From positions 31,635 through 95,634 of the forward strand of contig JAHFAE010000001.1 of NCBI GenBank assembly GCA_023250675.1: a DNA stretch of 64,000 nucleotides, given 5' to 3'. The notes beneath the pieces are model-generated. The model had not been told where the DNA came from. It saw only the letters and a list, made by a program, of their open reading frames with translations, and did not search any database. Both the position numbers and the translations under genes were made by a program. This DNA comes from Oligoflexia bacterium. Lineage in GTDB: Bacteria; Bdellovibrionota; Bdellovibrionia; JABDDW01. Shown here one piece after another: positions 38,557 to 48,603 of the stretch; positions within the stretch are counted from its first letter, which is position 1; every line of letters starts with the position of its first letter.

Positions 38557-40202
38557 ATATGAAAACACTTATTCTATTATTGGCTTTTTCATTGCAAGTC
38601 TGGGCAGCACCTGAAGCTAAAACACCTATCCAAAGATCTGCACCTCCACAGGCAGTTCGAACTGCAAAGCCCCAAGTGAAACCAAATTCACGAGCTGCCG
38701 TTGCTCCAAAAACTGTTGCACCCGCCCCTTCGATCCCTCAAAGTGAAAATGAACTTCAGTACGCCCTAAATTTGGCAAAAAAAGGCGATTACTTGGGTGC
38801 GAGTAGTCGTCTGTTTTCTATGACGCGAAATCCTAAATATGCCAGTGATAGAATGAGAATAAAATACATTTTGGGTCTTATGTTTTTTGAAATGAAGATG
38901 TATCAAGTTTCGGCTTTTCAATTTGTGGATGTGGTGAGAAATGCAGACAAAAAATATTCAAAACAATCACTCCAGAAACTATCTATAGCCGCCGATATTC
39001 TAAACGACGACACACTCATTAATTATGCAATCGGAAAAATAGAGGTCGAAGAATTTCCAAAAGAAAATCACGATATGTTAAGATATCGTATAGGCGAGTA
39101 CTACCAACGAAAAGGTGAATGGGATAAGGCCATCGCCAGTTTCTCCAAGGTTCCTTCTACGTCAGCGTATTTTCCCAAATCAAAGTACATGGAGGGAATT
39201 GCCAACGTGAAACGAAATGATCTTAATTCAGCGTTGGCATGCTATTCTTCTTTGGCCGAGAATCGCTCCCTGGCTGGCGTTACGGACACTGATCGAGTAG
39301 CAGGATTGATGGGGATGGCTCGAATATATTACCAAGCCCACAAATGGGATCAAGCCATCGATGTATATCGACAAATACCAAGAGATACAGAACTCTGGCA
39401 CGATGCTCTATTTGAATCGAGTTGGGCTCATATGCGGGCGGCTAATTTCAGGTCGGTATTGAGTAATTTTCATTCGCTCCATTCAGCATTCTATGAGGAT
39501 TTTTATCTACCTGAATCCATTTTGCTCCGAGGCATTGTTTACCTGTACATTTGTCAATATGACGAAATGGATAAAGCCCTTGGTTTATTTGAAAGAATTT
39601 ACCAACCTGTCCTTAATCGACTCGACGACTTTACCAAGACTACAACCGACCTCACTGCCTATTTTAACGAAACAGAGCGGGTGATTAAGAATTTCAATTT
39701 GTTAAAATCAGACTCAAATTCTCGTCGTGGCTATCGAGTTCCATTTTTAGTAGCTCGCGACATCATACGCGAAGGTGATTTTAAACATATTTACACTTAT
39801 ATTAATCGTGTGAGAGAAGAACTGGCCATTGTAAATGCGCAACCGGATATTTGGAGAAAATCCGTTGTAGGACAATACGCCAACAATTTGTTGAAAGGGC
39901 GATTAGATTCAAGCATCAAAAACATTTCAGGCATTGTTCGAACCCATATGTTGACCATGAAGCAAGAGCTTGCCGATATGTTTGAACAATATAATTTTGC
40001 TCGATACGAAATGCTTAACGGCAAAAAAGAAGCGCTCAAAAAGAAAATTCAAGGAAAGGGCGTTGTTACAGCCCATGTCGATGAGTCGAAAAATCGAAGT
40101 TTTTATATTCAAAACGGTTATGAGTACTGGCCCTTTCGTGGTGAGTATTGGCTCGATGAGATCGGTGACTACCACTACCTAGGGACCCAAGGTTGTGAAT
40201 AG
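38553..40202 (+). CDS. Periplasmic TPR-repeat protein, GltC-like
   Basis: Signal peptide 'MKTLILLLAFSLQVWA' and TPR-like helices. Confidence 0.45.
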   Translation: MNMKTLILLLAFSLQVWAAPEAKTPIQRSAPPQAVRTAKPQVKPNSRAAVAPKTVAPAPSIPQSENELQYALNLAKKGDYLGASSRLFSMTRNPKYASDRMRIKYILGLMFFEMKMYQVSAFQFVDVVRNADKKYSKQSLQKLSIAADILNDDTLINYAIGKIEVEEFPKENHDMLRYRIGEYYQRKGEWDKAIASFSKVPSTSAYFPKSKYMEGIANVKRNDLNSALACYSSLAENRSLAGVTDTDRVAGLMGMARIYYQAHKWDQAIDVYRQIPRDTELWHDALFESSWAHMRAANFRSVLSNFHSLHSAFYEDFYLPESILLRGIVYLYICQYDEMDKALGLFERIYQPVLNRLDDFTKTTTDLTAYFNETERVIKNFNLLKSDSNSRRGYRVPFLVARDIIREGDFKHIYTYINRVREELAIVNAQPDIWRKSVVGQYANNLLKGRLDSSIKNISGIVRTHMLTMKQELADMFEQYNFARYEMLNGKKEALKKKIQGKGVVTAHVDESKNRSFYIQNGYEYWPFRGEYWLDEIGDYHYLGTQGCE

Positions 40203-43200
40203 AACCATGAAACGAAACCTCTTCCTATTTTCGATTGTCACAATGGTGCCAGCAGTGGGCTTATCAGCCCCCACTAGTGGGGCAGCGCCCCTTGCTCGAA
40301 CATTCTCGATGAATCGTACTCCAGCCCAAAATGTGAAAGCTCGAGGACAAGTTCGAAAGAAGAAAACCGTAAGCGACATGCTAAAAGAGATAGCAGCGGC
40401 AAGATCAACCCAGATTACGATCAAAAAAAACACCACGGCATTACCCGAAGTGGCTCAGCAAAAAAGGCCCACGGTAATGCCTATGTATGAAGTCAAACCC
40501 CCACGAAGCGGCGATTTGTTTCATGATGCCGGGACCGACGAAGAAAAGTTAGAGCAAATCACTGATCAGGGAATTGAACAACTCTATAAACTTTCCCAGC
40601 AATATAATCAGAGTAAAAATAGGGGTGAACTTTGGCTCCGACTTGCCGAACTCTATGTAGAGAAATCCAAATACATCGAATATCGACTGCAACGTGACTA
40701 TGATCGAAAGCTTGAACTCTATTTTCAAAAGAAAGCACCCCAACCAAAATTGAATTTGAGCAAATCTAAAGAGTACAATTTAAAAGCCATCAAACTTTAT
40801 GAGTGGTTCTTAAGAGACTTTCGTAATGACCCCAAAACTGACCAAGCCATGTTTTTTCTCGGTTATAATTATGTCGAGTTAGAACAGGTTAAAAAGGGAA
40901 TCGGTTTCTACGAACAATTGACCAAGACCTATCCCAATTCCTCTTATGTAGGCGAAGCTCATTTCGCCCTGGGCGAATACTATTTCGATAATGACAAATG
41001 GGCAGATGCGCTAAAGTCTTACTCCGATGTTCTAAAAAATCGGCGAGCGCGCCTCTATACATTTGCGCTCTATAAAATAGCGTGGTGCCAATATCGGTTA
41101 AGCCGCGTGGGGCAGGGATTAAAAACTCTAGAAGAAGTTATCAGGTTAAGCCGTGGAGCCCAAGAAGATTCCCAACTAGCTGGCAAGAAAGTTGTGAACA
41201 AAATTCGTTTAGGTAGTGAAACTCTTAAAGACATCGTTTTATTTTTTGCAGATGTGGGGAATTACAAGAATGCAAGAGAATATTTTTTACATATTGGCGG
41301 GGATAAAGCTCAATACCCCATGCTTGAGAAGTTAGCTTTTCTTTACAGCGATCAAGGTCGACGTGAACAATCTCTTTTTATTTTTAAACAACTCTTAGAA
41401 TACAATCCTACAGCACCCAAGGCGTTCGACTATCAATACCAAATTGTAACTAATTTTGCGACGAGCAAGGACCAGCGCATTTATCGCGATGAACTCTACA
41501 CCTGGATAGACAATTACGGACCCGAAAGTGTTTGGGCCAAGGCAAATCAAGGAAATAAAAAACTGGTCGAAGACGCCTACCATCTCAGAGAATCCACTTT
41601 GAGAAATTACACTCTCTTACTTCATAAAAATGCACAGAACAGTCAGCGTAAGCCTGACATGATCGCAACCCGGCATGCGTACACTCTTTACCTTGAGAAA
41701 TTTAGCGACTCCCCAAAGAGTCCTGAGATGCATTTCTTTTATGCTGAACTCATTTACGCCATGGGCGAGTACGATGTGGCCGGTAAAGAATATCGAATCG
41801 TTGCGGAAAAAGAACCTAAGGGGAAGTACTTTGATTTATCGGTGTTAAATTCGCTACTCTCTCTAGAAAAAGCTCTTAAAAATGATGACGAAATTAAGCA
41901 AATCGTCGGGGATAGTCTAGAACCTGCACCCTTTGGTGAGGCAGAATTGGCATTTATTGCTGCTGCTCAACGATACATAACGGTCGTCCCTAAAGGTGAA
42001 AAAGTCGTGGATGTAAAATTTAAGATTGGACGTTTACACTATGTGTACAATCATTTTGAGGATGCCATTAAAATCTTCAGACAGATTATTTCTCAATATC
42101 CGAAAACTCAATTTGCAGTCTATTCGGCAAATTTGATCTTAGACATCTATAATCTCCGCAAGGACTATGACAACCTGTCAAACGAGGGACTATCTTTAAT
42201 GAAAAACAAGGCCCTTACAGAACAAGGGTTTCAGGCCGACGTAAAAGATCTTGTCGAAAAAGCAAGTTTCAAAAAGGCATTGGATCTTGAAGTTGGAAAA
42301 AACTATGAAGGAAGTGCAAAAGCATTTGCTACATTTGCTCAGAACTATCCGCGAAGTCCATTAGCTATATCTGCGGCTTTCAATGCAGGTGTGAACTATG
42401 AGCGGGCTCATAAATTTCCAGAAGCCATAGCTATGTACTCGAGAGTGGGTCATGGCGGTGTTGGCAAAGGAAATGACAAAGTTCAAAATAATAGTTTATT
42501 ACTACTTGGGAGATTGTACGAACAATCTGGCCAATATGATAAGGCAGCTGTTCAATTTGAAAAGTATGCTAAAGATAATCCCCACGACAAACTCACGCCA
42601 GATCTCTACTATAACTCAGCGATTATTTGGGAAGGGCAGAAGGAGTACTCTCGGGCCATTTCTGATTATCAAAAATATTTTGAGAGAAGTAGGCGTCACG
42701 ACAAGTCCTTGGCATTGTACTCTATTGCTCAAATTCACGAAAAAATGGGACACTCAAAAGCAGCACAAGACGGTTACAACACTTATTTAAATTCTGGCGC
42801 CAACGACTCTGAAAAAATTGTCGAGGCAAATTTTAGAATTGCCGACATTGATTCTTATCGGGGTCGTAATAGTGATGCAGAAAAAGGCTATCGAAAAACT
42901 GTTGGCTCGGCTAAGCATTTTGCGGGCAAAGGTAAACCGGCAGGAATTGTTTGGGCTGCCGAAGCTAAGTTTAAACTTACCGATGCTATCTACAATGATT
43001 TTCAAAATGTCAATATTCCCCATAATCCTAAAAAACAATCTACGGCCATCCAAAATAAATTTGGACTATTGGCAAAGCTTGGCAACAATTTGGCAGAAGT
43101 CATTAAATACGATGAGGGGAACATGGTCATCGCTTCGCTTTGCCGTTTGGGCCAAGCAAACGAGCATATGTATAAGGCTTTAGCCGGAGTTCCGCTGCCA

Positions 43201-43449
43201 ACAGACCTGAATAAAGAAGAATTAGAAAGTTACAGGAAAAAAGTGGAAGCTGAATTGCTTGGGCCCCAAAAACAAAAGGCCCTGGATAATTACGTGAGTG
43301 CAATTAACAAGAGTTATGAAATCAATTATTATAACAAGTGGACGAAGATCGCCCTTGATGCCATGTCCAAGTATCAGCCGGCAAAATACGCGGCACCTCT
43401 TGAAGTCGTAACACCACAAATTAGGTATGACGAAATGGGGATGATGTGA
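40195..43449 (+). CDS. Large TPR-repeat protein (1084 aa), GltD/AgmU-like gliding motility protein
   Basis: Signal peptide and multiple TPR units ('YPNSSYVGEAHFALGEYYFDNDKWADALKSY...'). Sits in Agl/Glt cluster context. Confidence 0.55.
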   Translation: MNRTMKRNLFLFSIVTMVPAVGLSAPTSGAAPLARTFSMNRTPAQNVKARGQVRKKKTVSDMLKEIAAARSTQITIKKNTTALPEVAQQKRPTVMPMYEVKPPRSGDLFHDAGTDEEKLEQITDQGIEQLYKLSQQYNQSKNRGELWLRLAELYVEKSKYIEYRLQRDYDRKLELYFQKKAPQPKLNLSKSKEYNLKAIKLYEWFLRDFRNDPKTDQAMFFLGYNYVELEQVKKGIGFYEQLTKTYPNSSYVGEAHFALGEYYFDNDKWADALKSYSDVLKNRRARLYTFALYKIAWCQYRLSRVGQGLKTLEEVIRLSRGAQEDSQLAGKKVVNKIRLGSETLKDIVLFFADVGNYKNAREYFLHIGGDKAQYPMLEKLAFLYSDQGRREQSLFIFKQLLEYNPTAPKAFDYQYQIVTNFATSKDQRIYRDELYTWIDNYGPESVWAKANQGNKKLVEDAYHLRESTLRNYTLLLHKNAQNSQRKPDMIATRHAYTLYLEKFSDSPKSPEMHFFYAELIYAMGEYDVAGKEYRIVAEKEPKGKYFDLSVLNSLLSLEKALKNDDEIKQIVGDSLEPAPFGEAELAFIAAAQRYITVVPKGEKVVDVKFKIGRLHYVYNHFEDAIKIFRQIISQYPKTQFAVYSANLILDIYNLRKDYDNLSNEGLSLMKNKALTEQGFQADVKDLVEKASFKKALDLEVGKNYEGSAKAFATFAQNYPRSPLAISAAFNAGVNYERAHKFPEAIAMYSRVGHGGVGKGNDKVQNNSLLLLGRLYEQSGQYDKAAVQFEKYAKDNPHDKLTPDLYYNSAIIWEGQKEYSRAISDYQKYFERSRRHDKSLALYSIAQIHEKMGHSKAAQDGYNTYLNSGANDSEKIVEANFRIADIDSYRGRNSDAEKGYRKTVGSAKHFAGKGKPAGIVWAAEAKFKLTDAIYNDFQNVNIPHNPKKQSTAIQNKFGLLAKLGNNLAEVIKYDEGNMVIASLCRLGQANEHMYKALAGVPLPTDLNKEELESYRKKVEAELLGPQKQKALDNYVSAINKSYEINYYNKWTKIALDAMSKYQPAKYAAPLEVVTPQIRYDEMGMM

Positions 43450-44372
43450 GAATAGTTATCTACTTTCTTACAGCTTGTTTTGTCCTTTCAGGTTGCGTCA
43501 CGGTCTTAGGGCCCCCTGACTCAAATACACCCACTGATGCGCCTAAAGATTTGAAAGATGCAGCGGCTCCAAATGCGTTGCCCGGTCCTGGGGCCCTCGA
43601 AGATCCTAATAAAAAAGAAATGCCCAACGTAGAGTCCCTGAAAACTGCAGAACCCACTGTTCCCGCTGATACCGAATTGGATTCCCTTTACAAGAGATTT
43701 ATTGAGGCAAAACAGGCGCGACAATTCAAAGCTGCTACGGATATTGCAGGGCAAATACTAGCGCGAAATCCAAATGATATTAAAGTTTTTAATGCTCTTG
43801 CTGTAATGTCAATCGACCATGGAAAATACGAATTAGCTCGAATGTTTTTAGATAAAATTCTGACAAAGGAACCGGGTAATTCAGCGGCTCTCAATAATTT
43901 GGGAGTTATAGAATTAAAAACTGATAATTTGCGCCTTGCTTTGGTCCAGTTCAAAAAAGCCATTGGCTCTGACTCAAGAAACAAAGCGGCCCACGCCAAT
44001 TTAGGTTCTATTTGTCTTCAGTATAGAAATTTTCAGTGCGCATCGACCGAACTTATGGCCGCTTATGACAATGGGGACCAAGGTACAGATACTTTAAATA
44101 ATCTCGGATTCGCTTTAGCTGGAGCAGGACACTATGATCAAGCGGAGAGTTATTATGACAAGGCGGGTGCGAAAAATTCGTCCAATGTGACGGTGCTTTT
44201 AAATTATGCAGTGCTTCTCATTGAACACGCCAATCGTCCCCAAGACGGAATTAAAGTTTTGAACAAATTGCGGTTTGTTGCACATGAACCTGCTATACTT
44301 GAAAAAGTAGATTACCTCGCCAAAAAGGCAGAGGGGAAAAACCCGACTCCAAAGGATGCACCAATTGACTAA
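43446..44372 (+). CDS. TPR-repeat lipoprotein, GltE/AglT-like
   Basis: Lipobox 'VLSGC' and TPR repeats ('ALNNLGVIELKTDNLRLALVQFKKAIG'). Confidence 0.5.
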   Translation: MRIVIYFLTACFVLSGCVTVLGPPDSNTPTDAPKDLKDAAAPNALPGPGALEDPNKKEMPNVESLKTAEPTVPADTELDSLYKRFIEAKQARQFKAATDIAGQILARNPNDIKVFNALAVMSIDHGKYELARMFLDKILTKEPGNSAALNNLGVIELKTDNLRLALVQFKKAIGSDSRNKAAHANLGSICLQYRNFQCASTELMAAYDNGDQGTDTLNNLGFALAGAGHYDQAESYYDKAGAKNSSNVTVLLNYAVLLIEHANRPQDGIKVLNKLRFVAHEPAILEKVDYLAKKAEGKNPTPKDAPID

Positions 44373-44619
44373 CATAGGGGTGTGGATAGTTTTTTTCTTC
44401 GCATTTTCATGGTCCATGATCTCTTTCTCTGCGGAAAAACAAACGAAAAGAACAAATGTCGACTTTGAAGATCAACTTGTAACGGGTGAAGTCAAAAAGC
44501 CAGAATTATTTTATTTATTGCAAAAGAAACAATTTAATTTTGGTAAGTTAATCAAATTGCGTGAAAATTTTGTGCCAGAAATGGTGAAAACCGCCGAGGA
44601 TATTGAAAAAGCAAAATGA
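44356..44619 (+). CDS. Small secreted protein, GltF-like by position
   Basis: 87 aa, N-terminal hydrophobic segment. Overlaps both neighbouring genes by a few nt. Confidence 0.35.
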   Translation: MHQLTNIGVWIVFFFAFSWSMISFSAEKQTKRTNVDFEDQLVTGEVKKPELFYLLQKKQFNFGKLIKLRENFVPEMVKTAEDIEKAK

Positions 44620-46586
44620 GCTCAGATACTAAACAGCCTGTATTTTTAAGATCGGTAAAAGACGGTAAGGTCTTAGATACCAAGCAATTTTCGAGTCAGC
44701 AGATCGTTATTGGGCGTGAAGGAGAAATTGATTTTGCCGTCAATGATCCTAGTGTATCACCCATTCATGCCATGGTAGAAGAACGAGAGCCGGGAAAGTA
44801 TTTTGTTTCAGATTTAGGCAGCCAAGCCGGCACCTATATCAATGGTGAAAAAATCGTTGATTCAATCTTGCAAAACGGTACAGAAATTCATGTGGGACAA
44901 GTCACTGTTGAATTTCACATTGGAGTTCCAAAACCTCGAAAGGCAGCCGAGCACGATGAAGTTAATTCTACCACAAAAGACGGCGACAGCTTAAAGGCAG
45001 ATGCGCCGGCTTCTAAAGTATCAAAATCAAAAAGTTCAGCTCCAAAGCTTCCCTCCTTTACCTCAGGAGGAGTTGAAATGGTAACAACGGGTACTCACAA
45101 ATCTTCAAAACGTCGCAAGGCTGCAAAGGGAACTTTTGCTCCGTCTACCTCTGTGAATTTTCAAAAAACATTAAGACCAGGAAAAGGAAATACAGTCGAA
45201 ATAACTTTGGCCTGGCAAGATAGAGTCTTAAATACCTATCATTTCAATAAAACTCAGACTGTTCAAATTGGGTCTCATCCTAAAAATCAAATTATATTGC
45301 CAGTATTTGGATCAGTTAGAGTGTCCCATCCTATTTTGAATCTAGATAGCGCAGCGACTATTTATTTAACCTCTGATATGACCGGTGAAATCAACAAAGA
45401 AGGGGGTAGCACCACCAAATTTGATGAGCTCAAGAAAAAGGGACTCATCTTTGCTTCAGGTTCTGGGTTTGCCTACACACTTCAACAAAACGAATTGGTT
45501 AAAATTAACTTTGGCGAAGGGGTGCTCATATTTATTCGATTTGTCGCCGCTGTTCCTGAGCCACGAATGGTTCCCTTTATTGATCTCAGTGTAAATCAAC
45601 TCACGGCCCTAGTAATAGGTTTGATGGGCACAGCTTTGTTCTTGTTTTATGTATTCTTGTATGCCCCGACTCCTCTAGAAAAGGAAGAAGAAGAGGAGCC
45701 ACCGCGCAAGGCAAAATTCTTTTATAGAAAACATGTCGAAGAGGTTAAGCCTGAGACCCAGTCTGTAAGCAAGTCGGCGCAAGAAGCGATTAAAGATCAA
45801 AAAGTCGCACCCGCACGAGGTGAAGTGGGCGCGGCTAAAGAGGCAAAACCAAATAAAAATAAAACGGCTAAGCAAATTCCAACCACAAATAAAGCGGGCA
45901 AAGACAAAGGTATCCAAAAGACTCAAGGCAAAAAAGCAAGTGCAGCGGCAAAAACTCCAGTTAAAGATGTTAAAAAATCAGGCCTACTCGGGGTGTTCGG
46001 AACAAAAGGTGTTCAAGATCAAATCAATAAAGCTTCAAGCGGAGCAGGCAATGCGTTGGGAGCCAGTAAATCGGCCACAGGTGCTGGCGCTGAGGCTGCC
46101 GGGGCTGGCATTGTACCCGGTGCCGGAATGAGAGAAACCGGTGCAGGCGGCAACGGCACGGCCACGGTTGGGATTGCAGCTCCCCAAACAAAAGGTCGGG
46201 GGGGTGGAATCAGCGGTTATGGCACGGGAAGCCTGGGTGCTAAGAAAAACGCAAGCATTGTTGCTGGCGGCGACGACGCCACATTTACAGGTAGCATTGA
46301 CAAAGAAGCCATTAGGCGTGTCGTGCAAGCAAACTTAAAACAAATTAAGGCTTGCTATGAAAAAGGATTGAATAGGGAACCCGGCCTTTATGGAAAAATT
46401 GTCATACAATGGACCATCGGAACCAATGGCCGAGTTTTGGAAGCAGGTATAAAGGGTACAACAATGAATTCAAGCGAAGTAGAAGCGTGCGCTGTGGCAA
46501 GATTGAAAACATGGAAATTTCCTGAGCCTCCGGTCAACGAGGTAGCTGTCGTTAGCTATCCGTTCGTCTTTCAGGCCCAGGAGTAA
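44616..46586 (+). CDS. FHA-domain / TM / TonB_C-like protein, GltG or GltJ (PglI/AgmX)-like
   Basis: N-terminal FHA ('VIGREGEIDFAVNDPSVSPIHAMVEE...SQAGTYINGEKI'). TM 'LTALVIGLMGTALFLFYVFLYA'. Lys/Ala/Gly-rich periplasmic linker. C-terminal 'IVIQWTIGTNGRVLEAGIKGTTM...EACAVARLKTWKFPEP'. Confidence 0.6.
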   Translation: MSSDTKQPVFLRSVKDGKVLDTKQFSSQQIVIGREGEIDFAVNDPSVSPIHAMVEEREPGKYFVSDLGSQAGTYINGEKIVDSILQNGTEIHVGQVTVEFHIGVPKPRKAAEHDEVNSTTKDGDSLKADAPASKVSKSKSSAPKLPSFTSGGVEMVTTGTHKSSKRRKAAKGTFAPSTSVNFQKTLRPGKGNTVEITLAWQDRVLNTYHFNKTQTVQIGSHPKNQIILPVFGSVRVSHPILNLDSAATIYLTSDMTGEINKEGGSTTKFDELKKKGLIFASGSGFAYTLQQNELVKINFGEGVLIFIRFVAAVPEPRMVPFIDLSVNQLTALVIGLMGTALFLFYVFLYAPTPLEKEEEEEPPRKAKFFYRKHVEEVKPETQSVSKSAQEAIKDQKVAPARGEVGAAKEAKPNKNKTAKQIPTTNKAGKDKGIQKTQGKKASAAAKTPVKDVKKSGLLGVFGTKGVQDQINKASSGAGNALGASKSATGAGAEAAGAGIVPGAGMRETGAGGNGTATVGIAAPQTKGRGGGISGYGTGSLGAKKNASIVAGGDDATFTGSIDKEAIRRVVQANLKQIKACYEKGLNREPGLYGKIVIQWTIGTNGRVLEAGIKGTTMNSSEVEACAVARLKTWKFPEPPVNEVAVVSYPFVFQAQE

Positions 46587-46623
46587 TTAAGAAAGTTTTT
46601 TAAAAACTCTAGGAGGAAGCATC

Positions 46624-47283
46624 ATGCAACCAACACCAGAATCTGGAAATTTTATCGTCATGGCATTCCAAGGCGGTGGATGGGGTATGATCCCCATTGC
46701 CATTGTCATGGTCTTTGTCATTTTCTTGATCTTCGAGCGCTTTATGGCTCTCAAGAAACTGGCCATCGATAAGGAAGATTTCAATGAAAAGCTCTTCGGG
46801 ATGGTTCTCAGAGGGGACATCAGGCAAGCTATCACTTTTTGTGACAGCAGACCGGCTCCCCTTACAAACACTTTAAAGTCCGGTCTTGTTCAAGTTTTGA
46901 ACAAACGACCAGACGAAGAAGTTCAAGTGGCCATGGACGGAGCGGTGCTAAAAGAAATGCCAAATCTAGACGGTTGGACGGGGTTTTTGGCTGTATTTGG
47001 TAACGTCGCAACGTTGCTCGGCCTATTGGGGACTATCGTTGGTTTGATCCATTCATTTAGAGCAGTTACCAATGCAGACCCGGCTCAAAAAGCGACTCTT
47101 CTTTCTGCCGGTATTGCAGAGGCCATGAACTGTACGGCATTTGGTTTGATTGTCGCTATTCCTTCCCTTATTGCCTACGGTTATTTTCAAACTAGAACGC
47201 AAAGAATAATCAACGATATCAGTGAAAGCAGCATGAATATCATGAACCTCATTGTCGCCAACCGCGATAAGATGAAGGATTAA
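46624..47283 (+). CDS. MotA/TolQ/ExbB-family proton channel (AglR-like)
   Basis: Three TM segments and 'GLLGTIVGLIHSF', 'AGIAEAMNCTAFGLIVAIPSLIAY' signatures. Confidence 0.85.
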   Translation: MQPTPESGNFIVMAFQGGGWGMIPIAIVMVFVIFLIFERFMALKKLAIDKEDFNEKLFGMVLRGDIRQAITFCDSRPAPLTNTLKSGLVQVLNKRPDEEVQVAMDGAVLKEMPNLDGWTGFLAVFGNVATLLGLLGTIVGLIHSFRAVTNADPAQKATLLSAGIAEAMNCTAFGLIVAIPSLIAYGYFQTRTQRIINDISESSMNIMNLIVANRDKMKD

Positions 47284-47298
47284 AGGGAGCTTCGAGAA

Positions 47299-47772
47299 AT
47301 GTTCACTGAAAGTAATCCAAACGGTAAAAGGGACACAGACGTAGAATTAAATCTTGTCCCCTTTATTGACCTTATGAGCACGTGTATTAGCTTTCTCCTT
47401 ATAACAGCTGTTTGGACCCAAGTGAGCATGATTCAAATCGGTAGTTCTATCTACGGTAAGAAAAATGATTCTGGACAAGTTGAAACTCCACAAAGAGAAC
47501 AAGTGAACTTAAAGGTTGATGTGGTTGATTCTGGATACATAGTCAATGCTGGCCAACAATCCACTCGTATCCCAAAGCTTGGTGGAGAATATGACCAGGC
47601 TTCGCTGACGACACGATTAAAAGATTTAAAAAATAAGTATCCCGAAAAAACCGATGGGATAATCAGTCTCCTCGACACCATTAAATATGACGAACTTATT
47701 CGCGGTATGGATGCCATGATGACGGCCGGATTCCCAGAGATCGCCATCGCGACTCAAGGGGCAGGGATGTAG
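47299..47772 (+). CDS. ExbD/TolR-family protein (AglQ/AglS-like)
   Basis: 'LNLVPFIDLMSTCISFLLI' single TM with Asp; 157 aa. Confidence 0.8.
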   Translation: MFTESNPNGKRDTDVELNLVPFIDLMSTCISFLLITAVWTQVSMIQIGSSIYGKKNDSGQVETPQREQVNLKVDVVDSGYIVNAGQQSTRIPKLGGEYDQASLTTRLKDLKNKYPEKTDGIISLLDTIKYDELIRGMDAMMTAGFPEIAIATQGAGM

Positions 47773-47781
47773 GAGAACAAA

Positions 47782-48372
47782 ATGCCAATTTACATACCGG
47801 GTAGGAGAGACAGGAGAAAAAGAAATCGCTTAATCAACGCCAAGCGAACTATTGTCGTTGGGCTAAGCCTGACCTCTATGGTCGACATGTTCACCATTCT
47901 CGTCGTATTTTTGCTTCAAAACTACAGTGCCACCGGTGAAATCATTTATATTCCTAAAGATGTGAAATTGCCAAAGGCGAGCCAAGTGAAAGAGCTTAAA
48001 CCTGCTCACATTGTGACACTTAATTTAAAAGACGTAGTTTTAGACAAAGAAGTTGTGGCTAAGCTTGATGACGTGAAAGCCCAAAAGGATTGGATGATTC
48101 CCAAATTAAGAGAGCGATTGTCAGCAATGCTTCAGCAAGATGATATTCTCGCAAAACAGGCCGTGGCTCAGAATATCAAGAAGGCCATCCCCCTGGTCCC
48201 AGGCGCTACTCCTGTGCCTGACGAGAGCCGCCGTAAAGTCACCGTGCAAGCCGATAAGGAAATGGATTTTCTCACCATAAAGAAAATCATGTTTACTGTG
48301 ACTGAAGCCGGTGCAGTAGAAATAAATTTTGCTGTTATGAAAAAAGAAGAGCCACTCACTAAAACAAACTAA
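47782..48372 (+). CDS. ExbD/TolR-family protein (AglQ/AglS-like), second copy
   Basis: 'LTSMVDMFTILVVFLLQ' TM with Asp; 196 aa. Confidence 0.75.
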   Translation: MPIYIPGRRDRRKRNRLINAKRTIVVGLSLTSMVDMFTILVVFLLQNYSATGEIIYIPKDVKLPKASQVKELKPAHIVTLNLKDVVLDKEVVAKLDDVKAQKDWMIPKLRERLSAMLQQDDILAKQAVAQNIKKAIPLVPGATPVPDESRRKVTVQADKEMDFLTIKKIMFTVTEAGAVEINFAVMKKEEPLTKTN

Positions 48373-48603
48373 TGGCCCCGCGTCAAACCCACCACGTACG
48401 CTGCCGGTTTCATTCTTTTTAAAACATTAAAAAGTCCATCATAAATGGGGAGTTTTAAAGGCTCTCTCTATCGATCGCGTCAGCTCTTTGATAAGTGTAA
48501 AATAGTTGGACAATATAATAGGAGACTTTCGGTTTTTTTGATGCTTAAACCATGCCAAGTCCGTGGTATTATTTAAAGAGGCAATAAAGGCGAAAAAGGC
48601 TTA

